The notes under the pieces are model-generated. The model did not search any database and was not told the DNA's origin. It saw only the letters and a program-made list of their open reading frames with translations. A stretch of 36,477 nucleotides of DNA, taken from positions 1-36,477 of the IMG/VR virus record IMGVR_UViG_3300032247_000480. The stretch is one strand, 5' to 3'. Positions 1 through 6,711 of this stretch are shown piece by piece. Source of the stretch: a virus (taxonomy: Duplodnaviria > Caudoviricetes). The position numbers were made by a program, and so were the translations under genes. Numbering within the stretch: the stretch's first letter is position 1; each line of letters starts with the position of its first letter.

Positions 1-123
1 ATTAGCACAGGAAATAATGAGCAGCTATGCACCAACACTTGCAATGCTTTACAAAATGTACCCAACACCAACTGCGATGGATGCGACCACTGCAACGGCA
101 ACAATGAAAAGCACACAAGTAAA
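1..123 (+). repeat. Terminal direct repeat, left copy (circular assembly overlap)
   Basis: ATTAGCACAGG...CACAAGTAAA is identical to 36355-36477, and the methyltransferase frame reads through it. Confidence 0.97.
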
Positions 124-447
124 AGAGGGTTCAATGCACTCAATGACATTAACGAGGCTACTATGCACACCAACATCACAAGCAAGCAGAGGGAACACAT
201 CGGACAAAAGAGGAAAAGGAAATTTAACGGATCAAATAGCAGAGTTGGAATTGACAACTTCCAAAACTTCCCAACTGTCTCCCCAGTTTGTTATGGAAAT
301 GATGGGCTTTCCGACCGATTGGACGGAATTACCTTTTCTAAATGGCGAAATGAATCCATTAAAGCAGGAGGAAATGCAATAGTTCCTCAAGTAGTATTAC
401 AGATTTATAAAGCAATAATGGAAATTGAAAACCAAACAGCACAATGA
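1..447 (+). CDS. C5 DNA cytosine methyltransferase, C-terminal part
   Basis: Same frame as the 35719 start after circularisation; includes ORF 163..447 ending in motif X (IKAGGNAIVPQVV). Confidence 0.92.
   Translation: MSTGNNEQLCTNTCNALQNVPNTNCDGCDHCNGNNEKHTSKRGFNALNDINEATMHTNITSKQREHIGQKRKRKFNGSNSRVGIDNFQNFPTVSPVCYGNDGLSDRLDGITFSKWRNESIKAGGNAIVPQVVLQIYKAIMEIENQTAQ
2..382 (+). CDS. Nested +1-frame ORF within the methyltransferase (putative beta subunit), C-terminal part with motif IX
   Basis: Contains TPT repeats (YPTPTAMD, LCTPTSQ) and LSPQFVMEMMGFPTDWT, a motif IX-like sequence not seen in the main frame. Confidence 0.8.
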   Translation, partial: LAQEIMSSYAPTLAMLYKMYPTPTAMDATTATATMKSTQVKEGSMHSMTLTRLLCTPTSQASRGNTSDKRGKGNLTDQIAELELTTSKTSQLSPQFVMEMMGFPTDWTELPFLNGEMNPLKQEEMQ

Positions 448-710
448 ACATCACCACCAACACACTTGAATTGATAGAACGTGAACGCAAGTATATCAAT
501 GCTGAAATGCCGAACTATCCCGACCATATAGCCGCAAAGGCCGGGTTGATAAATGCTGATGCTGGCTTTCTTATGCAGTTATGTTTAGACAAGAAATATG
601 AGAGCAAGGGCAAGAATGAAGTTGACAAGAAAAAGATTGATGATTTAATTAAGCAGTCAGCAATTAGAGTGATTGCACAAAGTTTACGATTTATTGAAAA
701 TTTAGATTAA
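444..710 (+). CDS. Hypothetical protein
   Basis: ATGA overlap with the upstream stop; co-oriented in the early operon. Confidence 0.75.
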   Translation: MNITTNTLELIERERKYINAEMPNYPDHIAAKAGLINADAGFLMQLCLDKKYESKGKNEVDKKKIDDLIKQSAIRVIAQSLRFIENLD

Positions 711-1057
711 TGAAAGGAGCAATAGACATATTAAAGTTTTTCCATCACTTGCGTATTGCTTTTGAGTATGCAAAGAGTTTTATTAAAGACTACCCAAAGT
801 CAATATTTACTCCGCTATTAAAAGCTGCAACGCAAAAAATTGAATGGATATACATAAGTGTTATTACAAGTAACGGTGTGGCTATATATGCACCAGATAC
901 CATTCCATTATTAAAGCAAAAGTGGGAAGGTAGTAATTGGGATGAAATTGCCGTTGTTGAGAAATTAGGGTTGATGAACGACGAACAAATTGAAATGATT
1001 GAAAAGATTATTGATAGTATGTTATTAGGCGAAGAAATTACAACTGAAGTAAAATAA
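710..1057 (+). CDS. Hypothetical protein
   Basis: TAATG coupling to the upstream gene; 115 aa. Confidence 0.75.
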   Translation: MKGAIDILKFFHHLRIAFEYAKSFIKDYPKSIFTPLLKAATQKIEWIYISVITSNGVAIYAPDTIPLLKQKWEGSNWDEIAVVEKLGLMNDEQIEMIEKIIDSMLLGEEITTEVK

Positions 1058-1063
1058 ATTTTT

Positions 1064-1342
1064 ATGAATAAATCACATTGGACAGAAAACCAGCAAGCAT
1101 ACCTTGAAGCTAACATCAAAATGGGTATTGATCAACTTGCAGCGATATTAGATGTAAGCACTAGAACTATCAGAGATAAGATTAAGATTTATGAGCAACA
1201 ACATAAAGTAAAACTTACCAGAGAATATGTTAAGCAAAAAGTGAAGCGAGTTGAAGCACCTCTGGTAATTGTAAGACCACCGAAAGAATACACTAACAAG
1301 AAAACAGGGAACGATTTAATAGAATTAATTTTAAATAGTTGA
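1064..1342 (+). CDS. Helix-turn-helix DNA-binding protein
   Basis: WTENQQAYL...IDQLAAILDVSTRTIRDKI matches an HTH pattern. Confidence 0.7.
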   Translation: MNKSHWTENQQAYLEANIKMGIDQLAAILDVSTRTIRDKIKIYEQQHKVKLTREYVKQKVKRVEAPLVIVRPPKEYTNKKTGNDLIELILNS

Positions 1343-1377
1343 TTTTTAGAAAAAAAATAGCTGTAATATTGCAGCGT

Positions 1378-1492
1378 CTTAGAAGTAGAACACTAAGTCA
1401 TTGAAAACATTTAACGCCTCTAAGGCGGTAAGGTCTTGGTTTAATAAAGTTTAAACCAATGTTCTACCCTTACCATCTTAGAGGTTTTTTTT
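1378..1492 (+). promoter_or_regulatory. Structured leader RNA (small hairpin, long terminator-like hairpin and T8 tract) upstream of the replication initiator
   Basis: CTTAG/CTAAG hairpin at 1378-1397; long stem 1417-1433/1468-1484 with inner stem 1436-1444/1451-1459; loop GTAGAACA complementary to bulge TGTTCTAC; T tract 1485-1492. Confidence 0.65.
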
Positions 1493-2203
1493 ATGGCTAA
1501 AGACCCAGCATTTTTATTTTATCCGAATGATTGGCTTGGCGGAACTATGTATATGTCATTTGAGCAAAAAGGTTGTTATTTAGAATTATTAATGCTGCAA
1601 TTTAATTGTGGCAAATTTACAATAACACAAGTGGAACAAGTGTTAAACAAGTGTTTTTCACAATGGGAACATATAAGCAACAAATTTGTAACAGACGGCA
1701 CTTTTTTTTGGAACAAAAGGCTTAGTGAAGTTATGGTTAAACGCGGCGAATTTTCTGAAAGCAGGCGAAATAATAGGCTTGGTAAGGGTAAAAAAACAAG
1801 TGTTAAACAAGTGTTAAACATAAGTAAATCAAGTGAACAACTTATGGAAAATGGAAATGAAAATGAAATTGAAAATATAATTTTAAATAAAAATGGTTTT
1901 TTTATAAATGAAATTTCAAAAAATATTTTGTTGAATAAAAGTGAAATTGACAATACAAAAATATTTATTGAGGTACAAACAAAAATAAATTTAACTGATG
2001 AAGATGTCGGCAAATATTTTGAAGCATTTAAAATTGACAATTTTGATAAAAAAGAATGGTATAATTCACACTCCGATTTCATATCTCATTTTAGAAACTC
2101 TTTAAAAATTAATTTAAAAAATGGAACACATCAGCAAAATAATCAAGCACCAGCAAAGCATGGAACTAGCAACGCAAGAGTTGAAGCCCTTAAAAAATGG
2201 TGA
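1493..2203 (+). CDS. Phage replication initiator (DUF1376/YdaU-like N-terminus)
   Basis: N-terminus MAKDPAFLFYPNDWL...MSFEQKGCYLELLMLQF is typical of DUF1376; low-complexity linker and internal iteron-like repeats. Confidence 0.75.
   Translation: MAKDPAFLFYPNDWLGGTMYMSFEQKGCYLELLMLQFNCGKFTITQVEQVLNKCFSQWEHISNKFVTDGTFFWNKRLSEVMVKRGEFSESRRNNRLGKGKKTSVKQVLNISKSSEQLMENGNENEIENIILNKNGFFINEISKNILLNKSEIDNTKIFIEVQTKINLTDEDVGKYFEAFKIDNFDKKEWYNSHSDFISHFRNSLKINLKNGTHQQNNQAPAKHGTSNARVEALKKW
1627..1840 (+). repeat. Iteron-like repeats (A)AACAAGTGTT inside the initiator gene; candidate origin
   Basis: Tandem copies at 1635-1655 and 1794-1815 plus degenerate copies, followed by an AT-rich stretch at about 1850-2000. 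Confidence 0.6.
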
Positions 2204-2879
2204 TGTTGATATTTTTAAAAGAAGTCTTTTATCGTATCAGATTAAAAATAGCTCTGAAAACGATTTAAAGTCGGTTTTAAGGCAAGTTATGCTGAAAGTG
2301 GGGCTACGAGCTGCCAACCTTCCAAATGATGAAGAAAAACAAATTTTATTAGCTTTTATAAATCAGAATTATGGGAATCATACAACGGGCGAAATTATCT
2401 TGGCGTTTGATTTGGCAATTGCCGGCAAATTGGATTTAAAAGAAGTTAATTGTTACGAGAATTTTAGCTGCTTATATTTTGCTTCAATTATGAATTCTTT
2501 TAGAAAATGGGCAAGCGTTCAAGTTATGTATATTCCTGATGAAGTTCAATTGCAATTACCAGAACCACCACCAAAACAAAGTAATGGAGAGTTTGTATTA
2601 TTCTGGCTTAACGAATGGCGAGAATCAGCTACTAAAAACTATTTTTTATTTGGGCAGTTTGCCAAAGTTTATGAAATTCTTACTGAGAATAATTCGATCG
2701 ATTTAACTGAGAAAGAAAAAGAATCGATAAAAACTAAGGTAAAAAATGATTTAATAAATAGTTGCCGCAATGAAAATGAACTTGTAAAAATGAGAAAGAA
2801 TATATCTAATGAAAACTATTTAAAACCTCATTGCAAAAAACTCGCAGTTGCTAATTATTTTAATCAAATAATTTGGTAA
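2121..2879 (+). CDS. Hypothetical protein, possible helicase loader/replication partner
   Basis: 252 aa ORF overlapping the end of the initiator, in the lambda P position; function inferred from synteny only. Confidence 0.6.
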   Translation: MEHISKIIKHQQSMELATQELKPLKNGDVDIFKRSLLSYQIKNSSENDLKSVLRQVMLKVGLRAANLPNDEEKQILLAFINQNYGNHTTGEIILAFDLAIAGKLDLKEVNCYENFSCLYFASIMNSFRKWASVQVMYIPDEVQLQLPEPPPKQSNGEFVLFWLNEWRESATKNYFLFGQFAKVYEILTENNSIDLTEKEKESIKTKVKNDLINSCRNENELVKMRKNISNENYLKPHCKKLAVANYFNQIIW

Positions 2880-3016
2880 CGAACAGGTATTGCTTTGCAG
2901 TTGTGGAATTGGCAGCACAACTGTTGAATAAAAAACGAATGATGCCATGTTGCTCAACTGCCACATTATTAACGTCAAGCCACAATTGCAGCAATATCTT
3001 TGTTGGCTGTAGTTGC
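2877..3016. repeat. attC-like imperfect inverted repeat, site 1
   Basis: Left arm AACGAACAGGTATTGCTTTGCAGTTGTGG (2878-2906) pairs with CCACAATTGCAGCAATATCTTTGTT (2980-3004), with bulged bases; bounded by AAC...GTT. Confidence 0.7.
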
Positions 3017-3048
3017 GGTCAAATTATAAAACTTTAAAAACAAAATAT

Positions 3049-3294
3049 ATGCACTACAAAATTGTTGAAACAGGAAGCGGAAGCCCTGATGTTTTATTAC
3101 ATAGAGATAGAGATGATGAAGGCGAATTTGTCCGAATATTCGCCATAGGAATGATGGAAGGCGAAGAAAATATGTTTGCCATAGAAAGAGTTGATTTTGA
3201 AAACTACACAACTGCCATTCGCTTTATTAAAGACTTTTCAAAATTAGCTGCCGAAGAATGGTGTGTCAAACAATGTATTGATTACTGGGTGTAG
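3049..3294 (+). CDS. Hypothetical acidic protein (cassette 1 gene)
   Basis: ORF 3013..3294; the likely start is the ATG at 3049 after an A-rich leader; it lies between attC-like sites. Confidence 0.7.
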   Translation: MHYKIVETGSGSPDVLLHRDRDDEGEFVRIFAIGMMEGEENMFAIERVDFENYTTAIRFIKDFSKLAAEEWCVKQCIDYWV

Positions 3295-3502
3295 CAATTA
3301 CACACAACGAACAGGGCTTGGCGATGGTTTGGAATTTGGAAATCGTCAGTCCGTAACCGAAGTACAATAGAATTACTAATGTTTAAAAACTTACAAAAGA
3401 TGAATACAGATTTTCCTGATTGGTATCAAGCTGAATTAAATTCAAATGCCGATGATACTTCCGTCCGCCAAACTATTGCCAAACCCAATGTTGTAGGCAG
3501 TT
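3294..3502. repeat. attC-like imperfect inverted repeat, site 2
   Basis: Has the same AACGAACAGG as site 1 (at 3306); GGGCTTGGCGATGGTTTGG (3314-3332) pairs with CCAAACTATTGCCAAACCC (3468-3486); GTT at 3490. Confidence 0.7.
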
Positions 3503-3858
3503 TAGTCAAACCACACGATAGGTTTAAAAATGCAGCTTTATTTCTTTGTGGTTATTTAAAATATTCAGAAGATAAGGTTGATGATGTTGCAAGTGTAATA
3601 AGGCGTTACGCTGCATTAAATGAGCCTTACGAGTTATGCACTTGTCAAAAGTGTAATCAAGTTGTCGAATTAAATTTTTATGAAGGTGATGATGAAGAAT
3701 GCAGCCACCCACATTATACTTGCCCATATTCTCAATGTCGAGCCATTTATTACGACAAGTTTGGCAAAGAAAGATGGGAAGAACTTGAATACCATTACAA
3801 AAAAATTGAAGAAAGTTTTAGAGAAAGGCAGTTTGATTTTGATGATGATGACTGGTAG
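3379..3858 (+). CDS. Hypothetical protein with a Cys/His zinc-binding cluster (cassette 2 gene)
   Basis: CTCQKC...CSHPHYTCPYSQC; its N-terminus is encoded inside attC-like site 2. Confidence 0.7.
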   Translation: MFKNLQKMNTDFPDWYQAELNSNADDTSVRQTIAKPNVVGSLVKPHDRFKNAALFLCGYLKYSEDKVDDVASVIRRYAALNEPYELCTCQKCNQVVELNFYEGDDEECSHPHYTCPYSQCRAIYYDKFGKERWEELEYHYKKIEESFRERQFDFDDDDW

Positions 3859-4021
3859 CCGTCAAATTGCCTATAAATCATAAATATCCGCACATCAACA
3901 TAACCAATTAAATATCAATGTTACAAAATACAATTTATTACGATAACGTATGGAAACTAATGAAAGAATAAGTATGAAGGATTATTATAGCAAGATTTTT
4001 TTAACAAGAAACAAATAAACA

Positions 4022-4240
4022 ATGAAACATCTACCTAAAGATAAATATGGGATTCAAGTTAAGATAGGAGATAAAGTAAGGGGTTTTGGATTTATTGTAT
4101 TTCAAGATGGATTTAAAATAGACAGAAGCCCCGTTGTAACTGCAAATATTCAAAATGGCAGGCTTTACTTCGGCAACTTATCTTATGAATCATTTAACAA
4201 CAATTTTGAAATAATAAACAATGAAACAAACACCGCTTAA
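4022..4240 (+). CDS. Small hypothetical protein (YopX C-terminus/SH3-like pattern)
   Basis: KDKYGIQVKIGDKV motif; A-rich start context. Confidence 0.6.
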   Translation: MKHLPKDKYGIQVKIGDKVRGFGFIVFQDGFKIDRSPVVTANIQNGRLYFGNLSYESFNNNFEIINNETNTA

Positions 4241-4286
4241 TAATAACACCGCTTTGGTAGCAGTATTAAGAGTAAAGAAATTTAAA

Positions 4287-4318
4287 TAAAATCCCCCAAC
4301 GTAGAAACGCCAGGGGAT
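4287..4318 (-). terminator. Intrinsic terminator-like hairpin with a CGTAGAAACG core, after the lysis cassette
   Basis: ATCCCC...GGGGAT stem (4291-4318) followed by a T run on the minus strand; lies between convergent operons. Confidence 0.65.
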
Positions 4319-4347
4319 CAACCAAAAAACTGCTTGTATGCAAAAAG

Positions 4348-4857
4348 TTATGCTATTGCTGTTAATGAACTTTTATATAAGCTCATAAAATCTTTTTTAG
4401 CTTCTGCCGTATCTTCTTTCGGATTTGCTACCCATTTCTTTTGATAGATATTATAAAGATCATTTGAATCAGCAATTCCTGCAGAACCTATAAACATTCC
4501 ACGTTGCTGAACCTTAAAACATAAAAACTCAAAACAAGCTTGATAGCCATTTTCATTAAAGCAAATAAATCTTCTTGTATCGCCAGCACCGTCAACTTTT
4601 ATTGAAGTACCAATAACATTACTCAAGTCTAAACCCTCCCATTTAGCGTTGTCGGCTTGAATGCCGCCGTAATTATTGTTTACTCCGCTTTTACCGTTAG
4701 CTGATTCATTTCTGAATATACAATAAGCCATTCGCACAACTTCCTTTGGATATTTGCCAACCAATGACTTTGCAAACGCAACTACTGTAGGCATATCAAC
4801 AGAAGTTCTTTGATATGGAATTTCTGGGAACTGAGGGTAATAATTTTTAATACTCAT
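4348..4857 (-). CDS. Putative endolysin (lysozyme-like/glucosaminidase fold)
   Basis: ESANGKSGVNNNYGGIQ resembles the GH73 ES-x-G...NN-x-x-GI motif; last gene of the cassette containing holin- and spanin-like genes. Confidence 0.6.
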   Translation of the reverse strand: MSIKNYYPQFPEIPYQRTSVDMPTVVAFAKSLVGKYPKEVVRMAYCIFRNESANGKSGVNNNYGGIQADNAKWEGLDLSNVIGTSIKVDGAGDTRRFICFNENGYQACFEFLCFKVQQRGMFIGSAGIADSNDLYNIYQKKWVANPKEDTAEAKKDFMSLYKSSLTAIA

Positions 4858-4890
4858 TTTATTTTGAATTTATTTTTTAGTTATTTTTTT

Positions 4891-4981
4891 TTGGAAATTT
4901 GTAAAATATCTATTGTTTAAATTTCCAATATTTTTTATAAAGCCTTATTTAATAATGGTTTCAGCGTTTACAAATTTCCAA
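4891..4981. repeat. Perfect 15-bp inverted repeat with an internal partial copy
   Basis: TTGGAAATTTGTAAA (4891-4905) and TTTACAAATTTCCAA (4967-4981); a third AAATTTCCAA at 4919-4928. Confidence 0.75.
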
Positions 4982-4983
4982 TT

Positions 4984-5625
4984 TTACACAAACATCAACA
5001 CTTTTGCCAACCAACTCGGCAACTTGTCTTTGTAATATTTTAACGTGAAATAAACAATTGGGATAAGCAATAATAACAGCCACCACAAACTGAAGCTATG
5101 TTTAACCTTAGTTGTGCTAACGGTCTTTAATTCCTTCCTTAAATTGGTAGAATCAAAGGTTGATTTGCTGCCACTATCGCTATTTTTATAATCAATTTTA
5201 GTTTTAGCTAAACTATTTTGCACATCCTTTTTTGTACTTGATTGCTTAGTAGTTTCTGTAACAGATTTTAACGGTTTATTGCTAGTGATTAACTTAACTC
5301 CTGCACTATCTTTTAAAGTAACTTTTGTAGGTTCTGATGTGTGAATGTAGCCACTGTCAAAGGTAATATTCAAGGTGTTTTCGCCATCCGCAATAGTTGT
5401 TTTGTCGCTGCTGTTACTTTTCGTTTCTTCAACCAAACTATCAATAAAACTGTGAATAGCACTATCTGACTTGTGAACACTAACGCTATCTTCTTTTAGA
5501 TGTTCAGTTGACCTTGTTTTGTTTACTGAATTGCAGGAACACAATCCTAATACTAATAACGCTATTAACATTACGCTTATAATGGTAGCAATTAACTCCG
5601 ATATATTTATTTTAAGTTGGTTCAT
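4984..5625 (-). CDS. Putative unimolecular spanin (lipoprotein with C-terminal TM helix)
   Basis: Hydrophobic N-terminus with lipobox LGLCSC, Ser/Thr-rich middle, C-terminal SLWWLLLLLIPIVYF; lies between holin and endolysin. Confidence 0.65.
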   Translation of the reverse strand: MNQLKINISELIATIISVMLIALLVLGLCSCNSVNKTRSTEHLKEDSVSVHKSDSAIHSFIDSLVEETKSNSSDKTTIADGENTLNITFDSGYIHTSEPTKVTLKDSAGVKLITSNKPLKSVTETTKQSSTKKDVQNSLAKTKIDYKNSDSGSKSTFDSTNLRKELKTVSTTKVKHSFSLWWLLLLLIPIVYFTLKYYKDKLPSWLAKVLMFV

Positions 5626-5626
5626 A

Positions 5627-5908
5627 TTAGTTTGTTTTAGGTTCGTCAGTTGGTGCCGGTGGAGGATTATTACCTTTCAATGTGCCAATAGCTCCTATTA
5701 TCTGAGCTGTTGTAGCCAAGCCAAGCAATACACTTGCAAAAACTATTAATGTTGTCAATACATAGTGGTCGAATATCTTGCCAACGTGAGATGTGTATAT
5801 AGCAATGTATAATACTGTAATTACCGTTGCTGCCGCCAATACTCTTTTGCTTGATGGTTCGCCATTTTCGCTTAAGCACTTCCAAAAAAAGTTATTTGAT
5901 AAATTCAT
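5627..5908 (-). CDS. Putative holin
   Basis: 93 aa with two hydrophobic helices after an SSKR motif; in the lysis cassette. Confidence 0.65.
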   Translation of the reverse strand: MNLSNNFFWKCLSENGEPSSKRVLAAATVITVLYIAIYTSHVGKIFDHYVLTTLIVFASVLLGLATTAQIIGAIGTLKGNNPPPAPTDEPKTN

Positions 5909-5914
5909 TTTATT

Positions 5915-6313
5915 TTATTTTATTGGTTCTGAAAACAAATTTTTTGTTTTAACTTTTGAGAATATTTTATTAACACTAATCTCAAGGTTATTTATCACTT
6001 CTAAAGCTCCTTCGTCTTTAATATGATACTTGCTGATGTCGGCAAGTAGAACAAAGGATTCTACCAATGATTCAATCGAATGTCTTAACAATTGTACCTC
6101 TTCAGTTTGTTTTGCCACAACTTCTAATATCTCTTTGTTTTTAGAATTAAATTCAAGTGTCATAGAAGCAATGTATCTATCACACTCTTCCTTAATACTC
6201 ATTCGCATTTTCAGTTCAGCAAGTTTTTTATGTTCTGCTGAATTAAAATACTTTTGAAGGAAGCCGAAAAAAGCAACTATTGCACCGCCTACTCCTATGC
6301 CTTGAATATCCAT
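5915..6313 (-). CDS. Membrane-anchored coiled-coil protein (holin/antiholin-like)
   Basis: N-terminal hydrophobic segment followed by a helical region; next to the lysis genes. Confidence 0.55.
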   Translation of the reverse strand: MDIQGIGVGGAIVAFFGFLQKYFNSAEHKKLAELKMRMSIKEECDRYIASMTLEFNSKNKEILEVVAKQTEEVQLLRHSIESLVESFVLLADISKYHIKDEGALEVINNLEISVNKIFSKVKTKNLFSEPIK

Positions 6314-6315
6314 TT

Positions 6316-6510
6316 TTATAAATCTTGTTTTTTAACAATTAATTTCTCCCTAGTTGTTTTATGCTGAGCCATAAACATCCCATCTTCAATCCTACCATAG
6401 TTTTCAATCTCAACCGCATCGCCTTTACTGCCAAACAAAACTTTCTTTTTGCCGGTTCCAATAAATAAATCTTTGCTTAATCTTATGATTGCTTTATTGG
6501 TCATTACCAT
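6316..6510 (-). CDS. Hypothetical protein
   Basis: Small ORF tightly packed in the late operon. Confidence 0.6.
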   Translation of the reverse strand: MVMTNKAIIRLSKDLFIGTGKKKVLFGSKGDAVEIENYGRIEDGMFMAQHKTTREKLIVKKQDL

Positions 6511-6700
6511 CGTTTATTTTTTCAATATTCTTATCACTTACATAATCTAAGCCTGTATATTTCTCTGGCTTTTCACCTTCTACAATTTCAAATAACTCCG
6601 GATGTTCAACTATGCTTGGATGCGTAGAAAGCTCCCCAATAAAATCTGTAGTATCAACTACAATAATTCCTCCCTCTGATTTTTGCTTAATGTATGCCAT
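6494..6700 (-). CDS. Hypothetical acidic protein, possible fibre chaperone
   Basis: Directly follows the fibre-like gene; role inferred from position. Confidence 0.6.
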   Translation of the reverse strand: MAYIKQKSEGGIIVVDTTDFIGELSTHPSIVEHPELFEIVEGEKPEKYTGLDYVSDKNIEKINDGNDQ

Positions 6701-6711
6701 AAAATAAAAAT

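Noticed and set aside
1-123. Biological terminal repeat or attL/attR
   Set aside because: It is an exact repeat in the middle of a continuous gene, best explained as circular assembly overlap.
17-447. Frameshifted methyltransferase pseudogene
   Set aside because: Both frames are uninterrupted and each carries complementary conserved motifs, which fits dual coding rather than decay.
1627-1840. CRISPR-like array
   Set aside because: Repeats are only 10-11 bp, tandem and inside a CDS, with no regular spacers and no cas operon.
1576-2082. 168-aa minus-strand ORF
   Set aside because: Phe/Ile/Ser-rich antisense shadow of the A-rich initiator gene.
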